This document shows positions 12,919 through 24,599 of a DNA stretch of 64,000 nucleotides, in pieces; the first letter of the stretch is position 1, and each line of letters opens with the position of its first letter. This DNA comes from Podarcis vaucheri (taxonomy: Eukaryota): NCBI GenBank assembly GCA_965113315.1, contig OZ220363.1; one strand, written 5' to 3'. The notes beneath the pieces are model-generated. The model did no database searches. It was given only the letters and a program-made list of their open reading frames with translations, and was not told where the DNA came from. The translations under genes were made by a program, and so were the position numbers.

Positions 12919-15099
12919 AATAACCCGTTCACATCTTACTTGCTGGCACTTAGGGAGATGCACATTCATAGCAGCTAATACTAGAAACATGCTGTCCCTG
13001 GAAATTTCCTGCAAGTCAACAATCCTCAAATGAGTAATTGATAATGGCTGAGCAGCCTTCGCACTCGGGGGACAGCTACTGTGCTTGGCCTGCCTGCATC
13101 ATTGCTGACATGCGGCTTTGTATATAATCTAGGTAAAATATTTGACCAAATGAGTAGAACCTGGGCCTGAACAGGTCAATTTTTAGTTTCATGGTGTACA
13201 GACTGGTGCCAGCCGTGTTTACTTGGAAAGTCCATTAAATGGAACAGACTTACTCCCAAGCAAATGCACATAGTAGTAGCCTATTTTAAGTTTTATGATG
13301 TGACAAAACATGTCTTTAGGTGATATGTTTTTATTTGCACATATATACAACCAGAACATAGGATGGAGCTAATTGTTTAAGATGAGGCTGGCCAAGGCCA
13401 TTACCTTAACAAAGGAACTGGTCTGACTGGTTCACCAAGTTTCCTATTGAAACCATGCAGTTCTATGGAAGCATTCAAGAGATGATGTCTCTCTACCCTA
13501 CATGGTTACATGCCCTTTATTCTCAGGCTCCTTTCCCCTAACTATACACCTTCCCATTGCTTATTACTTTTATGTACCCCTCCTCCTGCCAGGACAATTT
13601 GTATTGGTACAGAATATGGTGAATAATATTTATAAATCCTGATTATAATGAAGGTTGCAATCCTCAGATCACCTAGTGCATCACTCTTTGTAAAATAAAT
13701 CTGTATATTTTAAAAATATGTATCAAAATTTGCAATCCTAAACATTCTTATTAGCAAAGAAGTCCAAATGAAACCAGTGGGACTTATTTCTGAGTGAATA
13801 TGTTTAGGACTGAGCTGTAAAGCATGCAGAACATTTATGCAAAATAAGCACTTTAGCGTATATTGAATCAATTTGCATAATTCCTTCTGGGCATAAAAAC
13901 TGTTTGCTTGTTGGAGAATTTGGGTCTCCTTAGTACAGAATTTATTAAGAATCAAAAAGAGAGGCAAACATCAGATGGCTGCCCGAAGTAGAATTTCCTG
14001 GATCAAGAAGGCCGCCTCACACATTTTGACAAAACTTATTCCTCGGGGCAGAGTACAACAACGGCAAGTTGTCCCATTTCAAAAGTTGTGTCATTGGAGT
14101 TCTACTTCCTACATGTATGTTCTTCTAGAATTTTTACCCAAAAGGGGGAAATGCAAACTAGAGGTTGCAACCTTTTTTTTGGTCTCGTGAACACGAGCGG
14201 AATTTTGAGGCAGTGTTGTGGGTGCTAGGCACAAAATGGCTGCTATGGGGGTATGTCCTAACACAAAATGGCTGCCAAATCTAAAAGAGCTAAAAAAAGA
14301 GGGCCACAAAAATGTGGGCATGCCCTCCATCAGTCTTCCCATCAATGGGAAAGGGCAACTACATCAACCATTGTCGTGGTATCATAGAGATAAGCTCTTT
14401 GTACCTCTCCTCTGTTCAGAATGTCAGGGAAGGAGGATGTCCAATCAATGGCTTCCAATAAAATGTGGGCAGGTTTAAGGGGCCTGTTCAGGGTAGGAGA
14501 GGCTGAGCCAGTGCAAACAGTCTCTCACACATTGCGAATTGCTAAGAACTTTCACGATGGGGGTTACTCTCTTGCGCACACTGATTCCTGTGGGCTCCAT
14601 GCTGTTGACCATGGCAAACTGTTATGCTCTGTGGCTCCTCTTGTAAATAATAATCTAAATCTGCCTTAAGATACACAGTCCATTAAAGTGCAGCTTGTTA
14701 TGTTTAATCACAATAAGACATGGCCAACAGATTCTCCTCATGTTTTGTAGAACCAATTTGTGTTCAAAATGTTTACAGTGAAAAAGACGGGCACAAATTC
14801 ATCTCGTTTAACATGCAAGTTGTGGCATAAGCGCAGTTTTTATGACCTATGATACTGTCTGCCCTGATGATAATGAAGATGGCAGCCCTTGGGTCACTTA
14901 CTGGGGCAGATCACTCTGTGTGTGATTGCTTTGGAGGAACCATTCTGCGGACTACAGTGCAAAACTGACATTGGTAAGACCATGTTTTTTTCCAGATTCC
15001 ATGCCATCAGAGAACTCCTGTCTGAATGTGAGACTAAATGTTTCTTGTTTTTCTAACCTCAAATTCAGTTTGCTACATTTCTGAATCAGTTTGCAATGC

Positions 15100-15132
<33 letters not shown>
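15100..15132 (+). repeat. (AAT)11 microsatellite
   Basis: Read directly. Confidence 0.95.
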
Positions 15133-15329
15133 CGCCATGAGAATCTGTCTGCGTTCTCCTAAATACATGTTTTGCAAGCAACATTACCGAATATAATGCA
15201 CTTTTGTATCTTATTTTCACTCATCTATATATTTATTGCAAACTTTCCCCTAATATATAGTTTTGGGTTGGAGGCTTCCACTGCAAGATTCAGAGAACTG
15301 CACATTTTGAAGGATTGCTGTATCCCCTC

Positions 15330-15478
15330 AGTCATGAAGCTCACTGGGTGACCTTGGGCCAGTCGCAGTCTCTCAGCCTAACCTACCTGTTGGATAAGAT
15401 GAGGAAGGGGAAGAACAGTGTGTGTGACCTTGAGCTCCTTGAAGGAAAGGTGGGATATAAATTAATAATAAATAAAAT
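15330..15478 (+). mobile_element. Degraded Squam3/MIR-like SINE body and tail
   Basis: ctgggtgaccttgggccagtcgcagtctctcagcctaacctacc shares the core of the SINE at 29548-29812; ends gggatataaattaataataaataaaa. Confidence 0.65.
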
Positions 15479-16394
15479 GTTGATTCATGTTTTGTATTTT
15501 GGTGGGGTGAGGTGGGGAGATTAGGTAGTCTCACATTAGCATGTAAGTGGAACCAATTTTCTCCCCTACCTCGAGGCTAATTGCACCCTGGCAACTGAAG
15601 GATGCATTGAGTTTTGTTTTGTTCTTTTGGAGACCATTGAAATAAGAGCAGCTGACTCAACAAAGTCATTCTTATTTTTTCCATACAAAGGCGAGGGAGC
15701 CCCCATCCACAACTGACAACAGCTCTCAGAAAACATCCCTTATTATTCATGGCCATCTGTTCAAAGAGAGCGAATGAAACAGAGGAAATGTCATGTTACA
15801 TTCATGGAATGACTGAGTGGGATGGACCCTGAAATACCACGCCATGGCAGCTCAGAATCGGGTGTGGGTGGGTGGTGGTCACCAGAGGGAGCTCTTCAAA
15901 GTGACAAGTGGGTGGCTTCAGAAAGCAAGTTACGACAACACCAGCTGCAGGGATGTCACGATGACTAACAGCGCCAAGGAAAGGCAATTCCGGCCTTAAC
16001 TAAACGGTGCAAATGATATCCACAGATGTTGCTAACTCATAATCAGGCTTGGCCACTGTGAGAACAGGATACTGGACTAGGTGGGCCTCGGCCTGGTACA
16101 GCTTTTTAATAAGATGGGAGAAGGTAAAAAGAACGAGGGGCAAGGTAAGAGCCTCTGTGTGGCGGTATGTGAGGGAGGTGGGAATGAATTGGGCTACTGG
16201 TGCAATCCTAATCATGCAACGGGTGTGGAGGGACCAACTGCTAAGTAAACATGCGTAGGATTGGATCACTGCTCATCTAATAATATATATTTTGTTCAGC
16301 ATACTTTGCTTCCTCCCCCCAAGCCCTTTGTATCATTTATGAGGCTGTAATAGAGAGAGAAATATTGGGGTGGAGAACCGCTACTAATATTGGA

Positions 16395-16605
16395 GCGGGA
16401 TCATAGGTCAGTGATAGTGCACTTTTATTTGCATACAGAAGATCCCAGCTCCAGCCCTGACAAATTAAAAGAGAACCAGGCAGCAAGTGATGTGAAATAT
16501 ATCAGCCTGAGATCCTGGTGAGTTCCTACTGGTGTGAACAGAGAATACTGGATTAGATGGGAGAAATGGACAGACCTGGTAAGGCAGCGTCCTGTTTCTG
16601 TTCCT
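16395..16605 (+). mobile_element. Degraded tRNA-derived SINE with CR1-like tail (same family as 45564-45748)
   Basis: tcagtgatagtgcac...ttgcatacagaagatcccag head; cagagaatactggattagatggg...aaggcagcgtcctgtttc tail. Confidence 0.55.
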
Positions 16606-17234
16606 ACCCATTCTAGGGTTGTCTGGGAGACCAGCCTTTCCTAACTGTGAGCCCCCCAGGTAGTGGTGTACTACAATCCCCATCATCCCTGACCACTGGA
16701 GAACTGATGCTTTGCTCTTAGAGGTGGGAACAGCAGCTGGAGACCATCAGTGAAGGTAGGCTATTCACCTGGACCTCCACAGTTGCTGGAATGCCTCTTC
16801 CTCTTGAGGAAGTTGGTCTTTTTGCACCTGTAGCTGGCAGAGTGAAGCCTGCCCCACCCCACCGACTGACAGATTGAGAGTCAATCTATCAGGGGAGTGG
16901 AGGCTACATCAGGCTGACCGGGGGTGGGGGTTGCCCCTTTGGAAGGAGCAGCTTCGAGAGAGGCAAGGACAGGGGCCACCCCCCAGGACATCATTTTCTC
17001 TGGGGATGACCTTGTCCGAATTGTGTGAAAATGTTTTACGTTGTTTAAACTGCTTTCTAACTTGTGTGCTTTTAACTTTTTTTGGTTTTCATATAAATAG
17101 TGACTGTGCCATGTACCAGTGCCTACTCCAACCCGGGGAATTGTGGTTGTCCTATCAGCCAGTCCTCAAGTCTGTGGCTGCTGTTGCTGAATGCCAGGTG
17201 GATGCATGATGTCCCTCATCCATGATCTCATTGT

Positions 17235-17635
17235 AGATGACGGCAGCCAACAAACTGAAGCTCAATCCAGGTAAGATTGAGGCACTGTTAGTGGGCAGTT
17301 CTCTATGTGGCCTGCTTTTTGGGGGGGGTGTTACACTTTGAAGGAGCGAGTACATAGCTTGGACATACTCTTAGATCTTTTGCTGTCACTTGAGGCTCAC
17401 ATGGCCTCGGTGGCAGTGGCCCAGCTGTGCTCCTATGCAGGCAAGGGATATCCTAACTTGTCATCTATGCTCTGGTAATCTCTTGGTTGGATTACTGCAA
17501 TGTGTTACATGTGAGAGGGAAGTTATTGGTTTGTTTTTTATTACGTATTTTGTGTTCTCATTTTGTATTTTTATGTTGTGAATCACCCCATGACCTTCGG
17601 ATGAAGGGTGTTATAGAAATTTAAATCCATCATCA
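17235..17635 (+). mobile_element. L2 LINE fragment (RT C-terminal part plus 3' tail)
   Basis: MTAANKLKLNPGKIEALLV resembles the L2 motif WMAANRLRLNPDKTEVL seen at 63716-63770; ggattactgcaat (DYCN); T-rich tail shared with 41215-41310. Confidence 0.7.
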
Positions 17636-18410
17636 TGAGGCCATGTTGGCTGAGGCTGATGGGAATGTAGTCAGACATTTGGGAACCCAATTTTGGGAAA
17701 GGCTGTGATGCAGTGAACAAAATGGATACGCAAGTATACTTTTAAAACTTCAGTAGTGGTATATTGAATCTAGCTCATATTTTCTTCCTAAGCATTAACC
17801 TGAGCTACTGGTTGAATTTCATTTGTCTGTGTTGAGTCAATGGAATCATATGCACTTCATGCACAGGTATAGAGCCATTTTGCACAATGAGAATAAGAAT
17901 GACACAACCCTGTTAGAACATGACCTATTCAGAGCACAGGTGATAAGGTTGCATGACTGAACGCTCCCCCATATCAAAACTCCCCAGCACAGAGCAGACT
18001 CAGGCTAGACTCTCTCAGTGATGTCCATACAGTGATGTTGCAGGTTGCTGCTCACAGCAGTCATCTCTTTCATGGGAGCAATGCCCTTAGTAGTGAAATA
18101 TTGGTGTTTTCTGTTTTAATGAAAGACTGATTGTATCTTGAATCAGAAAACGAATCAGGCAATGCTTAACATCCATAACCCAAGAGATTCATTATCCACA
18201 TTGCCAAAGCTAATCCTTGAGATAATCTTTGAGCTGTCAGTACCTTCCCACATTTGAGGCACAGTACTGATAGGAGCCATTCCCTGGGCACTTTGCACAA
18301 GAGTCGGTTCAATTACCTTTTCAATTTCCCATGTTTCCATGGCGATGTCCCACCAGCTCACATTAGACCATGTTCAAATGTTAGTGTGTTTGTTTTGCAA
18401 TTGCAGCAAA

Positions 18411-18560
18411 GAGCTCTGTGACATCTTAAGGACTAACACACAATTACTGCAGTATGAGTTTTTGGTATAAGCAGCCTGCCTTATCACCTGCAACGGAAAA
18501 AAATATGCTGTTGCCAAGAGACTCATTTGAGGAGACATTGGTTAGTCTTTAGGATACCAT
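18411..18560. mobile_element. Probable Penelope-like terminal fragment
   Basis: gacatcttaaggactaacaca ... gttagtctttaggatacc resembles the reptile Penelope end motif ggcaccttaaagactaac; similar fragment at 50079-50130. Confidence 0.4.
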
Positions 18561-19701
18561 AATTCTGCTTGTTTTGTCCTCATGAGATTGAACAATGTTA
18601 GTCTTCTAGAAACGGCGCTATCATTTTGTAGTGAGGCCATTTGTGTGACAAAAATATCAGATACAATTGAGGACTAAGGAACCATGACTAAATCCCAGCA
18701 GCAGCAAGATATCTAGATATACTGAAGCAGTATGCCATGGGTTCAGACATTACAAGTATGCACTCATAGACACTGATTTGGATCCATTCCTTTACAGGGA
18801 GGTGGGGGAAAAAAGTCAAGCTGCCCAATTACCTCAAATTATTTATTTGCTTTTCAAATATGCCCCAGTATGAACAACTGGGTTTTTGCTCTGACGCATT
18901 GTACAGCAGATGATAGCCTTGAAAGTGACAACAGAATGCTTCAAGTGTATGCCCACAGCAGCTTGTTTTTCCACACACTATGATCCAGAAAAACTAAAAG
19001 ATTCTGCAATGCACACCTAATGTTCTAGTCTGGTTTGGGTGCTATCTGTGATGTTAGAAGCACTATTTTTGTTTGTGCTCCCAATAAGTCAGTTGGAGTG
19101 ATTATATACCTGGCGCATTTGTTGTTGTTTTTTACAGCAGTGCCCACAGCCCGAGACTAGATGCTCTTATGGGAAGGCTTGCCTCTTTTGGAAGTGGGAT
19201 ATGCAGAATAAACAGGCAGGGGAGGCAGCTTCAGCTGCACAGCACCCTTTCTCGTGTGTTGAAATGGAGATAGTGTTAAGTGTGTAGTAGATATTTGGTG
19301 CTATTCAGTGCATGTTACTGTAGCACTACACTAATATTGTCTTTGTGAGATCCTATTGCTACAACAATATGTAGCTTAAATTGTGTGTAAAGTACATCTT
19401 TGGATCAACGGAAATACGTATTACTTTAATGGGACATCCCCCCCCCCCCGGCACATCCTTCTAAGGATTTAATTTGTTGTTGTTGACCTGAGGACAGGAA
19501 CCCGCCTGATCACAGCTCTTTGCAAAAGATCAAAGATACAAAAAAGGGAGGGGAGTTGCCTTGAAAATACACCTGAAAAAGATGCTGAAGCTCCTTTTGT
19601 AACTTTAGCATCTTTTCTCATGTGTGTGTATCATTTAAAATTGCCAAAGAAAATGAGAGGTTATTGAACGTAAGAAATATCCCATGTAGCCATTTTTACA
19701 G

Positions 19702-19967
19702 TCATAGAATCATAGAGTTGGAAGAGACCACAAGGGCCATCGAGTCCAACCCCCTGCCAAGCAGGAAACACCATCAGAGCACTCCTGACATATGGTTGTC
19801 AAGCCTCTGCTTAAAGATCTCCAAAGAAGGAGACTCCACCACACTCCTTGGCAGCAAATTCCACTGTCGAACAGCTCTTACTGTCAGGAAGTTCTTCCTA
19901 ATGTTTAGGTGGAATCTTCTTTCTTGTAGTTTGGATCCATTGCTCCGTGTCCTCTTCTCTGGAGCAA
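19702..19967 (-). mobile_element. Young CR1 LINE 3' end
   Basis: Starts with (catagaat)n, the reverse complement of the CR1 ATTCTATG tail. The reverse strand reads [54 protein letters not shown], the CR1 ORF2 end. Confidence 0.92.
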
Positions 19968-20111
19968 GTCAAAAACATACATGCACTTCGTATCCTAGGG
20001 TGTCTATCCAGAAGAATATCTGAGTAGCAGTGCTGTCAGAGCAGGACTATGAGGCAGACATCCAGAGTCTCTACTCAACCCTCAATAGCTGTAGTGTTGA
20101 CTTAGCACATA

Positions 20112-20329
20112 CAGTGGTACCTCGGGGTTAAGAACTTAATTTGTTCTGGAGGTCCGTTCTTAACCTGAAGCACCACTTTAGCTAATGGGGCCTCCTGCTG
20201 CCGCCAGAGCGCAATTTCTGTTCTCATCCTGAAGCAAAGTTCTTAACCCGAGGTACTATTTCTGCGTTAGCAGAGTCTGTAACCTGAAGCATATGTAACC
20301 TGAAGCGTATGTAACCCGAGATACCACTG
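20112..20329. mobile_element. Tc1/mariner-pogo (Tigger-like) MITE, CAGTGGTACCTC family
   Basis: TIRs CAGTGGTACCTCGG...CCGAGATACCACTG, TA TSD at 20110-20111 and 20330-20331, internal taacctgaag repeats; homologous to 39425-39644 and 43069-43299. Confidence 0.9.
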
Positions 20330-22091
20330 TATTAAAATTGCACCCATTACCATCAAGTGAAGGGGGGAGGAAATACCCACTTGCAGAAGATCATTAAATC
20401 CAGAGTTTAACGTTACAGAACTGTATCTTGGCAGTGCCCTGAACATGGCACTATGTTAGGAACTATGTTAGGCAGCCAATTCAGAAATGCTTTCAAGAGT
20501 AACCCCAGCCATGACTACCAAAGTGTCTGGTTAGATTCTGTACACCTTGGCAAGAGAATCAGAATCAACTGTGTGCACTATCTGGGCTTTAAGAACAAGA
20601 AAAGAATTCCTCCCTCACATGAAAGCTAGAGCCTAGATAACTGCAATTGGGCAGGAGGAGTCAAATGCATAAGGTGCTGTCAACAATGTGCATGTGCAGT
20701 GGGGAAAAGATTATGTACAAAGCTTACGAAAATACGTTACACGAGCACAGCTGCTGCTTTGACACAGCAGAAATGATGCACATAATACAGGAATGGTGTG
20801 ATGATACACTTTACATTACAAAATCACCGACAATCCCCACCCCTTCCCAAAAGTCTGCCGCTCTTCTAACATTGAAGGGTGGGTAGGAGGGAACAGGTGA
20901 GAATATCAAACATTTGAGGTACAAATGTAATTACAATCATCATAGCAGTATCTCTCTCAGTCCTGCAGTGTGAGCAGCTTTTAAAGAAAGACCAGTCTTT
21001 ATTTATCCCAAAAGTAAATGTATCCTACAAGAAGTGTATCTTCAGAGAAAAGTCACAGGAAAGACAAGTTTGTTTTATGGCCAGCATGATCGTATTATGC
21101 TGATGGCAGATAAATTGGAATTTCATCCTATCCAAGTCTTGAAATACATCGTCTGGCCATGGTAGAGGGACTGGGTGAGGCAGGCCAAACCTATACAAGT
21201 TCAAGATGATAATGAACAGTGCAGGTAGTGTGGCCTGGAGCTAGAATGAGCAGGAACACCTGTTCTTCACTGCTGACCCCTTGGGGTGCTCTTCAGCCAA
21301 TTGCTTAATGGTTGGAGATGGCCAGGAGTGCTTTGCCACTGCTTCTCCTTGCAAGAAGGATGTCTTCATTTTTGTCCTGTTCAGGTTTCCCTTTGTCATC
21401 TCAAGGGTTGGTTATTGGAAATGGAAGATGCAAAGGGGGACACCTTTAGTGACTGCTCAAGCTTTGCAGTCTACTTTCTGAGAGTCAGGGGTTGCCAGGA
21501 GCACATTACACCAGGTCTCTACCAACCACACAGCATCTCTGTGTTTCACAAGCACAACTATTGTAAGCTGCCATGGAGGCCCAGGGCAAGGATGGAGGGA
21601 GAAAAATGTTAAAGATGAATAAATGCATTTCAACATGCTGGTTTTGACCTACCCCCCTGCCCCCACATGAATTAGACCATATGTACATCCCCTGGCACCT
21701 AATCTGAATTCCAGTTTGGAAATTTGTTGACGTGTCCCTGAGAAAGAAACCTGTTCAAATCATTTGACCCCAATTTTTTAAAAAAACCTTTTCCCCCCTG
21801 GGGCAACCAGGGATTTCCTCCCTTCTTGAAATTGGTGCCTTCCTGTTTATCCTTCCAATGTACCTTGATATCATATTTCAAATGCCACCCTAATCTTTGA
21901 GATCAGCTGGTTATAATTTCCGTAGCAAAGTTTATGCAATAAGGGCATTAAGAGAGGTAATTATGGAGGGTCACCTTAAAATTCTCTCTTCTCTTTTCCC
22001 AGCAATTCCAAGCTTGAATATTTTTCAGGGATAGACATAATTAAGTTAGGATTAAAGAGGCAAGGGCATTTTTAAATTCTGGGATGGCCTA

Positions 22092-22097
22092 TTTATT
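22092..22097 (-). terminator. Candidate SYT12 polyadenylation signal
   Basis: First AATAAA I found on - after the stop (about 2.3-kb 3' UTR). Alternative at 20998-21003. Position only. Confidence 0.3.
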
Positions 22098-23535
22098 TTC
22101 TTAAGATTCTTTCAAACATCAGTTGCATTTGGTTTTAATCTGCTATTGCTTTCAACTGTTGTGATGCTCATGCTTGATCATTTCTGCAGCTTTCTTAATT
22201 GATTTCTGATTGTTTCATTCTGACGATGTCATCATTTTAATAAGCAAAGCATCATGGGATTCATAAGGATATAGGACTACCTTCCTACCATCACAGTTCT
22301 CCTTGGCACATAGCAAAGCTTCCACTTGAAAGGGACTTTTCACACTTTTCTTAAGAGTCCTTGGGACACCTGAGCTCAATGAATCCAGATGTCTCTCTTT
22401 TTGATGGTTCTGTCCAGTTGCTAAAGCCAGCCCTACTGTGGTATTTGGTTGCACAGAAGGCAAATTAAGCAGCTGTCTAGCTTTATCAAATGGGGTGGAG
22501 AATAATCTCCCTTCCAATCTATGTAAAACTTATTAACAACAGAATTGCTCAGGCCTTAGCAAAGCGATAAATGTTCACTCTTGATGGAGTTTGCCAAGGT
22601 TCAGGAGGCAGAAAAGGAAAGTGCTTTCTTGATAAACTCCAAATGTCAAATGGGCTTATGTTCAACATAAAGCTACCCTTTTAATATCAGCATTTCTGAT
22701 CTTTCATGGTTAAAGTTGAGCAGGCTTGACATCCTCAGAGAATTGCTTAAAAAAAAGAAAGAAAAAGAGTTAAAGCTTGAGTGGCCTCTAATGCTTTTCA
22801 GATCATTAGCGCTTGTGTTTTCCATTTTGCTTTATGAAGTGTGTATAGCTAAGCCAAGCAGCAAGTTCTTCAACAGTGAAAGAGCTCTAGATACAAAGCC
22901 ACGTGCCTTTAAATTGGGTGGCAGAATGGCTTGGGAGAATGGAGTAGTGTTAGGGTACCCATTTTACTGATATTCCTTTCCTCAAAATTTTACTTAAATC
23001 ACATATTTGCTTACTTTAAGCCACCTCAATGACCAATTTTCATGATACTTTGTCATTAAAAACAAAACGGTTTTGTTTTTTTCTTGATTTTCCCCTTTCC
23101 CAGCAACCCTGCACCCCCCTGAATGGCAAGCAAAGGGCCTGCTATCTATGGGCCGCTTGGATTGACATGTGATCCATGTGCTCAAAATGGCAATGGAACA
23201 GCTGCTCTGGTGAGAAAACATCTAAGTGATGCTGCTGCTATCACTGGGAGGGGGGCATCAGGATTAAACAGCATTACATGGTAGTCTAGATCATGCTTTG
23301 ATGGTCATGATGGTCATCTCTGACCATGCTGGACACTTTGTGGTTAATGCTACCAAGCCTATTGTAAGTTGCTTGGAGATCTATTCTGTAACAAGCAACA
23401 GACAAGTTTAAATGAATGATGCCACCAGGGCAACAAACAAACAAACCAGCGTAGCCTATGTTACTCTGAGGTCTAATTTATGGTAGCATGAGGTGCAAGA
23501 AGTAGGTTTGCTTTAGGCATCTGACAAAAGAAGCT

Positions 23536-23663
23536 AGGGACAGGGAACCTGGAGCCCTCCAAATGTTGCTGGACTGCAATTCCCGTCACCTATGATCGTG
23601 GTGGTGGGGCTGCTGGGAGTTGGAGTCCCAATGATTTCTGGAGGGCCAGGTTCCCTATTCCTG
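23536..23663. mobile_element. Short hAT-like MITE (gggactacaactccc hairpin family)
   Basis: agggacagggaacctgg...ccaggttccctattcctg terminal inverted repeat with an internal ggactgcaattccc/gggagttggagtcc hairpin. Relatives near 16630-16700, 17640-17705, 34200-34337, 45334-45473 and 53500-53600. Confidence 0.6.
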
Positions 23664-24425
23664 TAATAGGCTACAATAGTTGGTCTCCTGCTGCTCTTTG
23701 TAGCAATAGGCAAACATGACTACTCTTCTAGAATTGGAACCATGGATGGAGATGCATTTGACGATGGTTCCATGAAGTTATGATCTTAAGCTCATTTACG
23801 CTGGAAGTAATTTCAGTTCAGTTTCTCTGAATCGAACGGGATTTTCCTGCCAAAAAATGTGACAAATATAAAACTGTGATCTCAATCATGCCTATTTCAA
23901 AGCAAGATCTATTAAATTCAGTGGCTCTAACCTCCAAGTAGATGCATTTAAGATCTAAGTGGAGTCAAATGGATATATAGACACACACACACACATATGT
24001 ACACAAAGCTTTCCCCCTTGACCCTCGGGGCTGGAGGAAAGCCGCATGGGACTCTTAATTCCTAGTAAAAAAAAACAAATTTACTAAATGACTGGTTCTC
24101 CAAGCTGGTGATTTTAGAGTGATGGAGGCAAAAGGCCACCCTATTTGTCAGCAAGCTACTTCAGGGCAGTCCCTTGTACTTGAATGGCTTCCTCTCTTAC
24201 AGGTTTCAGTTGTCTGAAGCTTTTCCAAGGCTTGTGTGGTTCCATTTCGCAACTGAACATTTCCCCCCCTTTCCTGTTGCTGCAACTCCATTTTGTGAAG
24301 AATATTTGGAGAAAAAAATAAGTTTTCGTTCCTAGCTATAATGAACTCCATTTGCCAACAGTATCTGCCTACTGATAGAGTTTAGGCACCAAGTTGGATT
24401 ATTCACAGCAAGGTGCAAGCATGCC

Positions 24426-24599
24426 TTAGCTTCGCCGAAGTGGGTGCCACATGGACACAGGCTTCCTCAAGGTGGCCAACATCTGGTTCCAATGCGTGAT
24501 GCCCATCCCACCTGCAGCTGGGCCTATGACAACATGGCCAATGTTTTCAGCTCTCCCGTCTTCACAACACTCTGCGACAGTCACCCGAAGAGACAGTTC
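24426..24599 (-). CDS. SYT12: SYT12 coding exon 7 (C2B end, stop)
   Basis: Acceptor tgtccttgcag|GAA; [57 protein letters not shown]; TAA at 24428-24426; 174 nt. Confidence 0.97.
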   Translation of the reverse strand, partial: ELSLRVTVAECCEDGRAENIGHVVIGPAAGGMGITHWNQMLATLRKPVSMWHPLRRS

